From NCBI GenBank assembly GCA_040079655.1, contig JBEBJX010000001.1, positions 14,060-78,059 on the forward strand: DNA of 64,000 nt, written 5' to 3'. Source of the DNA: Sphingopyxis sp. GTDB taxonomy: Bacteria; Pseudomonadota; Alphaproteobacteria; Sphingomonadales; Sphingomonadaceae. The notes under the pieces were generated by a model. It had not been told where the DNA came from and made no database searches. It worked only from the letters and a program-made list of their open reading frames with translations. A program made the translations under genes and the position numbers. Below are positions 57,601 through 64,000 of the stretch, piece after piece; position 1 is the stretch's first letter; the number at the start of each line of letters is the position of its first letter.

Positions 57601-58832
57601 TGCGCGGTGCAATCCTTAACGATCATTTGTCGGGCGAGGGCGGCACCGAAGAGTTCCAAAATGTCGTGCAGGGCACCCGCGATCCGGTTTCCTGCCTGCA
57701 AATGCGCGGCGAATATATGTTCGTCGCCGAAGGACGCGGCGGCTTTGCGGTTTATGATATTGCGTCGGTCGCCAACAAGGGCTTTTCAGACCGCATCATT
57801 ACCGCGCCATTTTCTCCGCTCGGTCACGATCAACGCGTCGAAAGTCGCAACGCAACCTGCATGGCGCTCCCCACCAATCAGGCAATAGCGCCAACGCGCA
57901 GCACCGAAACATTGCGCACCATCAACCAGGAACAGCCGTTCCACCCTATCTATAATTATGCGGTGGTGACCGACGCCGAAGAGGGGTTGATCCTTGTCGA
58001 CGTCAATACATTTGCCGATGGCGAGCTGCGCAACAACAACTTGCGCCGCGCGCTCACCTGGAACCCCGATGGCGTGTTGAACGGCGCGCAGCACATCACG
58101 CTGGCGGGGTCGGTTGCCTATATTACCACTGCGCATGGGCTGGCGGTGGTTGATCTGGCCGATCCCATGAGCCCGCGCCTTACCGCCGACATTGCGATGG
58201 ATGGTGCCAAGGCGAGCACGATCCAGTTCCGCTATCTGTGGGTCAGCGACGCGAGCGGTATCAGGTTGTTCGACACCACCGATATGCGCGTTCCGGTGGC
58301 GGTGCCAAGCGGCGACATTGCGCTGCCGAGCGCGCAGCGCATGTATATCGCGCGCACCTACCTCTATGTTGCGGCGGGGGATCAGGGGCTGGTTATCATG
58401 AATGTGACGCGGCCACGCGCACCCGCTGAGCTGATGCGTTACACGGCGGGCGGCACGCTCAATGATGCGCGCGACGTGGTGGTCGCATCGACCAATGCCA
58501 GCCTGTTTGCCTATGTCGCCGATGGCCGCAACGGGGTGAAGATATTGCAACTGACCAGCCCCGCCAGTCAGCCCAATTTCTATGGCTTCAGCCCGCGCCC
58601 GGTGCCCGAACTCATTGCCTGGGCGCGCACGCCGACCCCGGCGGTTGCGATGTCCAAGGGGCTGGACCGTGACCGCGCGGTTGATGAAACCGGCGGGCAG
58701 ATTGCTGTGTTCGGGCGGCTTGGCTCGCGGCCATTTACACGGCCGGAGATGGAACGGCTGTTCCGCACGCCGGGTGGACTCTTATACAAGGTCAGCGACC
58801 GAACCGATATGGCGCGGTGGGCGGGGAACTAG
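54633..58832 (+). CDS. Large secreted decaheme c-type cytochrome with C-terminal LVIVD-repeat beta-propeller
   Basis: Signal peptide; ten CxxCH motifs (CFSCH, CVDCH, CGACH, CSGCH, CMNCH, CADCH, CKDCH, CFTCH, CGGCH, CSDCH); repeats such as GLILVDV, GLAVVDL, GIRLFD, GLVIMNV; TGATG coupling to the barrel gene. Confidence 0.85.
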   Translation: MVMQRPAFLRFATFMLALLTMLSALAFLTPSAIANEGEVPVERHYVTAPNAPANQIGATFEEQRSAVMAKSEGCFSCHVRTDEPSMHASPAVQLGCVDCHGGDASVRGDPALGYAHPDNMAALTRAHVLPRYPRSWNWPSSANPQRSYALLNREAPEFLRFVNPADYRVAREACGACHLAIIENAERSIMSTGAMLWGGAAYNNGIVPFKSYLMGESYTREGEPACITSPSTILPREQWARACADITMPASEILTPEEQARGALSRMYPLPSWTVIPPGDVFRVFERGGRSINPVFPEIGLPNSTGQIQRLDEPGRPDLRQSNRGPGTGLRVAIPVLNIHKTRLNDPFMWFMGTNDQQGDYRSSGCSGCHVVYANDREPRHSSVYAQYGRDGQTATVDPTISGLMQRAPVHGESGHGEAGHGESSSGDDAHAEDAHAESGHGGLIPAGSPTRRESGHPIRHAFTRAIPTAQCMNCHMHQPNVFVNTYLGYTMWDYEADAPHMWPGPENEAPRPAGMSDEDYNRIYRSQHYPTATEVRAINDRNPEGAATHGLWGDVEFLRDVYSLNPDLSDTQFADYHGHGWNFRAVLRRDREGNLLDAEGQIVPPDDPERWRRNGEGEFAPIGVNPGRTVHLMDIHAEKGMQCADCHFSQDSHGNGFIYGEVANAIEIGCKDCHGTADAYPTLLTSGPAAPPEGTNLALLRNPDGQRRFEWVDNPDGSRKLLQRSITDPAVTWEVSLVRDTVTLGNPRFNARAARAKLMGRVSEDGQTSWGTGVASDNRAHGDDRMACFTCHLSWTTSCGGCHLPIEANWLTNEHHFEGETSRNFATYNPQVARDEMFQLGIHQTTKGNIIAPVRSSSALVLSSTNINRERIYVQQPPISAIGYSSQAFAPHFPHTVRTTETKTCSDCHLSEDEDNNAIMSQLLLLGTNYVNFVGLNNFAGLEGGFQATRVTEWDEPQAVIGSYLHRYAYPDFYRLHVDQNGRELRNWVRGAILNDHLSGEGGTEEFQNVVQGTRDPVSCLQMRGEYMFVAEGRGGFAVYDIASVANKGFSDRIITAPFSPLGHDQRVESRNATCMALPTNQAIAPTRSTETLRTINQEQPFHPIYNYAVVTDAEEGLILVDVNTFADGELRNNNLRRALTWNPDGVLNGAQHITLAGSVAYITTAHGLAVVDLADPMSPRLTADIAMDGAKASTIQFRYLWVSDASGIRLFDTTDMRVPVAVPSGDIALPSAQRMYIARTYLYVAAGDQGLVIMNVTRPRAPAELMRYTAGGTLNDARDVVVASTNASLFAYVADGRNGVKILQLTSPASQPNFYGFSPRPVPELIAWARTPTPAVAMSKGLDRDRAVDETGGQIAVFGRLGSRPFTRPEMERLFRTPGGLLYKVSDRTDMARWAGN

Positions 58833-58848
58833 AGTCCCATCACACCAC

Positions 58849-58946
58849 CGTCATTGCGAGGAGGCATTTGCCGACGAAGCAATCCAGCGCGGTGCACGCC
58901 TGACTCTGGATTGCTTCCCCCAGCCTTCACTGGGGTCGCAATGACG
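58849..58946. repeat. 98-bp nested palindromic REP-like element between convergent genes
   Basis: Outer cgtcattgcga/tcgcaatgacg, inner gaagcaatccag/ctggattgcttc, extra ccccag/ctgggg hairpin; resembles the gtcattgcga...gcaatgac elements common in alphaproteobacteria. Confidence 0.85.
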
Positions 58947-58955
58947 CCTCCCGCG

Positions 58956-59417
58956 CTATGGCTCCACCGACTCTACGCTCACTGGAAAATTGACCGAGCG
59001 CGCGATGAAGCAAAGTCGATGCGCCTCATCATGCAGCGCGTCCGCCTCTGCGCGGCGCGCCTCGTCGCTGATCGTCACGGCAGGGTGCAGCGTCACGGAC
59101 ACAAATTGCCCGCCGCCATCCGCACCCTCGGTCATCACGCCGACAGGGTCGTCGGTGTATGCGGTGACGTTGATCCCCGCCACCGCCGCCAGGTGCAGAT
59201 ACCACAGCTGGTGACAGGCGCTGATTGACGCGACCAGCAATTCCTCGGGGTTCCACGCGCCTGCGTCTCCGCGAAAGGCGGGGTCGGATGACCCGGCGAT
59301 GGCGGGCTTGCCGCTCGCGGACAGAATATGCTCGCGGCCATAGGCGCGGTAGTCGGTGGTGCCGCCCCCATGATTGCCGGTCCATTCAAGGTGGAGTGTA
59401 TAATGATGGTCGCGCAT
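58956..59417 (-). CDS. OsmC/Ohr-family protein
   Basis: GSSDPAFRGD...WNPEELL.A..SACHQLWYL and C-terminal AH..CFIA.SVNFPV. Confidence 0.85.
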   Translation of the reverse strand: MRDHHYTLHLEWTGNHGGGTTDYRAYGREHILSASGKPAIAGSSDPAFRGDAGAWNPEELLVASISACHQLWYLHLAAVAGINVTAYTDDPVGVMTEGADGGGQFVSVTLHPAVTISDEARRAEADALHDEAHRLCFIARSVNFPVSVESVEP

Positions 59418-59448
59418 CGCGGCACTGTACACCGTGCCGCGCCGCTTA

Positions 59449-60309
59449 TCAAGCGCTGGAAACCCCCGGCCGCTCGCCAATCAGATGCTCGACCAGGTCG
59501 ATCATAGCGTGGTTATATTGCGCTAAAACAAGTCCTTGTGATGCGCTGTCAAAATGGCTGACCATTTGCGCGCCATTCCAGTGGTGGAGCGCATAGCCTG
59601 GGTCGTCGGCAATGATCATCGCGCGGTCGTCGGTCGCCCTCGTGTCAATCGGGCGCAGGTCGAGCGCGACCTGTGGCGAGGTCGATGAGCAAACGATTGC
59701 AGTCAATCCATGCCATTGCACGCTCATTGACCGATGCAAATGGCCGCAAATTAGCCCGCAAAGTTGCGGCGCATCGGCGATCGCCTCTGTGAAGCGCTGC
59801 ACCCATGGCTCGCTGGGGTCGGTGGTCATCCAGTCAATCCCGCTATCGAACGGCGGATGGTGCATGACAATATAGGTTGGAAGGTGAGGATGCTCGGCCA
59901 GCCGCGATTTCAGCCACGCGGCGCGCACTTCGCAAAAAGCGCCGCCGTGCCGCCCCTCTTCCAATGTGTCGATAACGATCAGGCGGAAATCTGCGAACAG
60001 CCGATCATATTGGATGAAGCCGCTGCGATCAGCGAAATCGGGGAAAACCTCGGTAAAGGCGGTGCGGACATCGTGATTGCCGACGCACGGAAACACGGGC
60101 CACGGATAAGCCGCAAAGGCATTGCGCAACCGCACATAGCTCGCCGTATCCCCCTGATCGGTCAAATCGCCCGTCGCCAACATCAGATCAGGCGCATTTG
60201 GGCCGACTGCCAGCCTTTCCAGCACCATGTCCAGCCGCTGCTGATTATATTCATCGGGATTCCCAGAATCAAAACCGATGTGAATATCGGTGATCTGGGC
60301 GATCAACAT
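59449..60309 (-). CDS. Metallophosphoesterase, CpdA/Icc-like cyclic-nucleotide phosphodiesterase
   Basis: QITDIH, TGDLTD, GNHD, MHHPP, GHLH calcineurin-like metal motifs; GAGAGG RBS. Confidence 0.85.
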   Translation of the reverse strand: MLIAQITDIHIGFDSGNPDEYNQQRLDMVLERLAVGPNAPDLMLATGDLTDQGDTASYVRLRNAFAAYPWPVFPCVGNHDVRTAFTEVFPDFADRSGFIQYDRLFADFRLIVIDTLEEGRHGGAFCEVRAAWLKSRLAEHPHLPTYIVMHHPPFDSGIDWMTTDPSEPWVQRFTEAIADAPQLCGLICGHLHRSMSVQWHGLTAIVCSSTSPQVALDLRPIDTRATDDRAMIIADDPGYALHHWNGAQMVSHFDSASQGLVLAQYNHAMIDLVEHLIGERPGVSSA

Positions 60310-60348
60310 AGGCTGCTCTTTCCTCTCAATGGGCTATTATCCACCCTA

Positions 60349-62205
60349 CTACCGTTGCCTATCAGAGTCTGTGATGGAAATCACTCGGCCCGATTGCTCT
60401 CGGCCTGCGGGCCCTCGGCCTCCGCGCTGTCGACGGTCTGACGATTGCGGCGGTTGCCACGGGGCATCGGCCCGCTCACCTGCATGATATTCATGGCACG
60501 AAGCGCAAGGGCTTTCGACATCCGCGCCGGAATTTTCACCGCCATGACAATCGCGGCACACCTTGATTTCAGGAATCAGCAATTGATTGGCGGAGGATGA
60601 TCGCGCGGCCAGATGGCAGGTGCTGCATGGCTCATCATTATGCGGGCGATGATCGAACCAGCCATGCTCCAGATAGCGCGCGGTCTGGGTCACGGGCAGA
60701 ACGCGCCAATTGCTGTTTCCGGCGGCGGGCGCAAATATGGTGTGGCAATCATAACAAGCCCCACCGCGTGAAAATACGGCGCGCACCGCATCATTGGCGC
60801 GTGTCGGACGCACCGTGGTTTCGCGGAAATAGATGTTATAGATTTGCCCCTGGGCAAATTCACCCGGCCTGCGCCGCGCCATCCCGCCAAGGCTGATCGG
60901 CCGTGTTGGCGGGGTAGACCGATAATAGGCATAAAGGTCAGCCACCACCTGGGCCGGCTCACCATGGCGCAATGTCCGCGTCACCCCGCCCACGCTTTCG
61001 AACGACAGGCTGTGGCATCCCTGGCAATCGCGCTCCATATCAACGGGTTCAAAACGCACGCCATCCGCCGTTGGTCTATGGCAATTGGCACAATCCAGCC
61101 CCGACTGTTGGCCAGCGTTGAGGCGCAAATGTCGCGCCATGCGCGCCACCCCGCCCGCTTGTTGCAGATGCATATTATGCGGGAACTTCAGGCCGTTGAT
61201 GTCGGTTGTCTGTGGTGTGAGGGTGGTACGGACAAAACGTGGGGCCGCGCCCGGTGCCACTTGAACCCGTGGGCGAAACTGCGGGTGCGAAGTGCCAAAA
61301 TCACCCGCATCGCCGATCCGCGTATCGGTTAACCGGCTCGACATGCCGTTGTGACAATCGGCGCAAAATGCCTGAGCGGTGGCGGGCATCGGGCCTGCAC
61401 CCTCATGCTCATTATGACAATCAACGCATCGGCCCTGTGTCCGGTTGAACGCCGCACCAATGCGATTTAATACGCCGCGGAACATCCCCGGCTCGCCGCG
61501 CGCAGCCAATTGCCGATTGATCGGCGCATGGTCATGCGCATCATCATGGCAGCTTTTACATGCCTGATCGGTCACCGCGACAAAGGCATCTGTGTGGCAC
61601 GACTGGCAATCGCGAGCCAGCGCGGCGTGCACGCTGCTCAACGGCCCCGATGACCAGCTTTGGTCAGCATGAAAGGTTGCTGGGCGCTCCTCAATTCCGC
61701 GCCACTGCATATAGGCGAATATCGGCGCAATCAGGAAAGCGCCTATGACGAGCAGCGCAAAGGCCCAGGCCGAAAGCCGCCGCCCGGGCAATTTTCCTCG
61801 CAATGAAAATGCGCGCCCCTCATCACGATCAAGCGCCGAATGGCTGAGCTCATCTGTCCGTGTTACGGTCAATGTCACGCGGGAATCAGCGGTTTCGCTA
61901 TCCAGACCAACGGTGATACGATGCCCGCCAAAGCGCAGTTCAGCGCCATCACCAGCATCAATCGAGGCGCGGGTGACCGTGCGACCATCCCATTCAAATC
62001 CAAGGCCGGTTGTCGCCTGAACCTCGATATGGCGGCCGTCATTGGAGGTGATCGTGGCGTGATGAGGGATCACCGCCAGATCGGCGAGGTGGATGTCGCT
62101 CGACGCATCACGGCCGACCGCAATTTCACGCTGCACGAGCGGCGTCGAACGGATGATTTCGCGGCCAGCGCTGGTCACCGAAACCCGGCGGAGAAGGAAG
62201 CTCAT
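60349..62205 (-). CDS. FHA-like domain + TM helix + periplasmic decaheme cytochrome c
   Basis: N-terminal VGRDASSDIHL...HHA FHA-like pattern, one TM helix, ten CxxCH (CQSCH, CKSCH, CVDCH, CADCH, CANCH, CQGCH, CYDCH, CSTCH, CRDCH, CASCH); ATG 62205. Confidence 0.85.
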   Translation of the reverse strand: MSFLLRRVSVTSAGREIIRSTPLVQREIAVGRDASSDIHLADLAVIPHHATITSNDGRHIEVQATTGLGFEWDGRTVTRASIDAGDGAELRFGGHRITVGLDSETADSRVTLTVTRTDELSHSALDRDEGRAFSLRGKLPGRRLSAWAFALLVIGAFLIAPIFAYMQWRGIEERPATFHADQSWSSGPLSSVHAALARDCQSCHTDAFVAVTDQACKSCHDDAHDHAPINRQLAARGEPGMFRGVLNRIGAAFNRTQGRCVDCHNEHEGAGPMPATAQAFCADCHNGMSSRLTDTRIGDAGDFGTSHPQFRPRVQVAPGAAPRFVRTTLTPQTTDINGLKFPHNMHLQQAGGVARMARHLRLNAGQQSGLDCANCHRPTADGVRFEPVDMERDCQGCHSLSFESVGGVTRTLRHGEPAQVVADLYAYYRSTPPTRPISLGGMARRRPGEFAQGQIYNIYFRETTVRPTRANDAVRAVFSRGGACYDCHTIFAPAAGNSNWRVLPVTQTARYLEHGWFDHRPHNDEPCSTCHLAARSSSANQLLIPEIKVCRDCHGGENSGADVESPCASCHEYHAGERADAPWQPPQSSDRRQRGGRGPAGREQSGRVISITDSDRQR

Positions 62206-62216
62206 TTTACCCGCCC

Positions 62217-63101
62217 CTACCAGTAGAAAAAAACGCTGATGATGTGTGCCGTCAGCGCCGCGATCAACGCAAATGTCATCGGCACATGGGCGTAAAGCCA
62301 TATTTCGAGCAGCGACTTAAGCTTGAGATGTCGGCGCAACCGCCCCAATGCCGCAAGCTTGCGGGTCAATAAAATATCCACTTTTTCCATTGGGTCGTGG
62401 CCACTATCGTGCTGTGGCCCAGTCTGTGCGCGCACCAGCTCTAGCGCCCTCGCCGTGTCACACCGCCGCATCCGGCCCGTGAGGCGCGACCATAGCGAGC
62501 CGGCAAAAGGGTCCTGATCGAGCGACAGGCGGACAATCTGGGCATCGGCAGGGTCGAGCGGTTGCGCGGCCGCATGAAGTTGTCGATCAAGGCCGCGAAT
62601 ATCCTCGAGCATCTGTGCCTGGGTCCGCTCATCGCGATTGTTCGAGAGCAAGGCTGGCAAGCTGCTGTAAACGGTGATGCCCCAAATCCCCGACGCAATG
62701 ACCAGCATCATCAGGCTCCAGGCCAGCGTATGGACATTCCAGCCCAGTTGAAACCCCGTGTGCAATGTGCCGATGACGACAAGCGACAGCCCCAGATAGA
62801 CATGGGCCGATGTCCATGACTTTAACGACCATGCGCCGCGCGTCATCGCCCGTTTGCGCACACCGAGCAGCGTCAGCCACAGGATCAACAGCGCGCCGAT
62901 CGTTCCAAGCGTATAGCCATACCAACTGCCACCATTATGCCGCGGGGCAACATCGACCAGCCAGTAACTGACGAAGCAGATGAGGATGATGGCGACCGCA
63001 ATTTTGAGCCACAAGAAACCAGCATGCGAGAGAAAGCCCGTGTGCAGGCTCGATCGCTGGCGTTCGCCCTGTGCGGCGCGGCGTTTGAAACGACTAGCCA
63101 T
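62217..63101 (-). CDS. Inner-membrane protein, predicted di-heme cytochrome b (ferric-reductase-like)
   Basis: About 5 TM helices; His pairs H100/H114 and H272/H286, each 14 residues apart within a TM helix; TAATG coupling. Confidence 0.6.
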   Translation of the reverse strand: MASRFKRRAAQGERQRSSLHTGFLSHAGFLWLKIAVAIILICFVSYWLVDVAPRHNGGSWYGYTLGTIGALLILWLTLLGVRKRAMTRGAWSLKSWTSAHVYLGLSLVVIGTLHTGFQLGWNVHTLAWSLMMLVIASGIWGITVYSSLPALLSNNRDERTQAQMLEDIRGLDRQLHAAAQPLDPADAQIVRLSLDQDPFAGSLWSRLTGRMRRCDTARALELVRAQTGPQHDSGHDPMEKVDILLTRKLAALGRLRRHLKLKSLLEIWLYAHVPMTFALIAALTAHIISVFFYW

Positions 63102-64000
63102 TAATCGTCATCCTGCGTCAGGCGCGCGACGGACAAAAATGCCTCTGGCGAAACGCGGATGGCCGCCCCCGTCGGGCAGGCACGCACGCACGCTGGCCCG
63201 CCCGATATTCCAGAGCACATGTCGCATTTGATCGCCTTTTTCGGCGTTTCAACCCCCTTTGGCCCATGTGCTTTTGACCATTTTTTACTCGGCTCGCCAG
63301 GTCCAGGCCCAAGCCCGAGGAACAGCCAGGACAATAGGCCTGGTTTCTTTGGCGGCGCCGCGTCCATGCGAATGACGCCATAGGGGCAGTATCGCTGGCA
63401 ATTGCCACAGCCGATGCAGGTGTCGTCTATGAACACTTCGCCATCTGGGCCGCGGTGGATGGCATTGGGCGGACAGTCAGACATGCAATGCGGATGCTCA
63501 CAATGTCGACAAGAGGTTGGCACATGAATATGCGCGAAAGTTGCGCCGGCCTCACGATCGAGGCGCGATAATCCTTCATGGCTGTCGGCACAGGCTTTTT
63601 CGCAATTATCGCACGCCACGCACAATGTCTCGTCGATGAGCAACACATCGGTCGCTTCGCCAATCCCTTTGTCCACCAGGAATTTGGCGGTTTCAGAATA
63701 GAGCTCAACCGCACTGGAAAAGCTCGCTTTGCGCCCTTCGATAAAATTATTCAGGTCTTGGCGGGCGGCCATATCACCGCGCAAACGCGCCGCCAAATCG
63801 GGCTTGGTTGCCAATATTTTACGGAATGCGGCGCCCGACACCTTGACCACTTCGGATTTGACAGCAGCCTTGACCGTAGCCGTGCGCGCACCGCCGGCAA
63901 TAACCGCCATTTCCCCGACATAGGATCCCGCTGGCAGATAAGATAAAAACACCGGCTTGCCGCCAATCTGTTTTTCAACAACCATTGACCCCTGGCGAAC
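63101..64000 (-). CDS. Cyclic-nucleotide-binding domain fused to a DmsB/NrfC-type 4x[4Fe-4S] domain; 5' part lies beyond the window
   Basis: G.YVGEMA...GARTATVKA cNMP motif; CVACDNCEKAC, CRHCEHPHCMSDCP, CIGCGNCQRYCP, CDMC...PACVRACP; frame open to the window end. Confidence 0.85.
   Translation of the reverse strand, partial: VRQGSMVVEKQIGGKPVFLSYLPAGSYVGEMAVIAGGARTATVKAAVKSEVVKVSGAAFRKILATKPDLAARLRGDMAARQDLNNFIEGRKASFSSAVELYSETAKFLVDKGIGEATDVLLIDETLCVACDNCEKACADSHEGLSRLDREAGATFAHIHVPTSCRHCEHPHCMSDCPPNAIHRGPDGEVFIDDTCIGCGNCQRYCPYGVIRMDAAPPKKPGLLSWLFLGLGPGPGEPSKKWSKAHGPKGVETPKKAIKCDMCSGISGGPACVRACPTGAAIRVSPEAFLSVARLTQDDD

Noticed and set aside
49198-58832. Assignment of the cluster as MtrCAB, Nrf or Hao
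   Set aside because: Protein sizes, heme spacing and fused domains (LVIVD, FHA, GlcG) do not fit; no CxxCK motif of NrfA

Overview
A 64-kb GC-rich chromosomal window whose gene content and order point to an alphaproteobacterium of the Sphingomonadales (inference). I saw no rRNA, tRNA, CRISPR array, transposase or phage gene. (1) 1-1908: 3' part of pepN. (2) 2162-23875: a maltose/starch utilisation locus. A LacI regulator and MFS transporter are on the minus strand. The plus strand carries a TonB-dependent receptor, two GH13 enzymes, a GH97, two tryptophan-halogenase-like genes and a GluP transporter, running into zwf-glk-eda (no edd) and an atypical PEP carboxylase. (3) 23994-28399: a putative C5-dicarboxylate cluster (Mct-like CoA transferase, Meh/Ich-like hydratase, two acyl-CoA dehydrogenases). 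(4) 28456-49153: mixed housekeeping and accessory genes: frameshifted DMT, phaZ, ABC exporter, isolated fliD-fliS plus a sigma54 activator, zntB, partial cysG, lysA, lptM-like, argH, TlpA, TauE, TIGR02186, HerA-like ATPase, VOC, cell-wall hydrolase, CcmI-like TPR and gdhA. (5) 49198-64000, the best candidate for an undescribed system: two convergent operons with 25 c-type heme motifs in three proteins. They also encode a tandem GlcG/HbpS heme-binding lipoprotein, an outer-membrane beta-barrel, a predicted di-heme b membrane protein, a cNMP-binding/4x[4Fe-4S] fusion, a CpdA-like phosphodiesterase and OsmC. Together these look like a cyclic-nucleotide-linked electron conduit spanning the envelope. 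All family assignments come from motif recognition by eye; no database searches were run.
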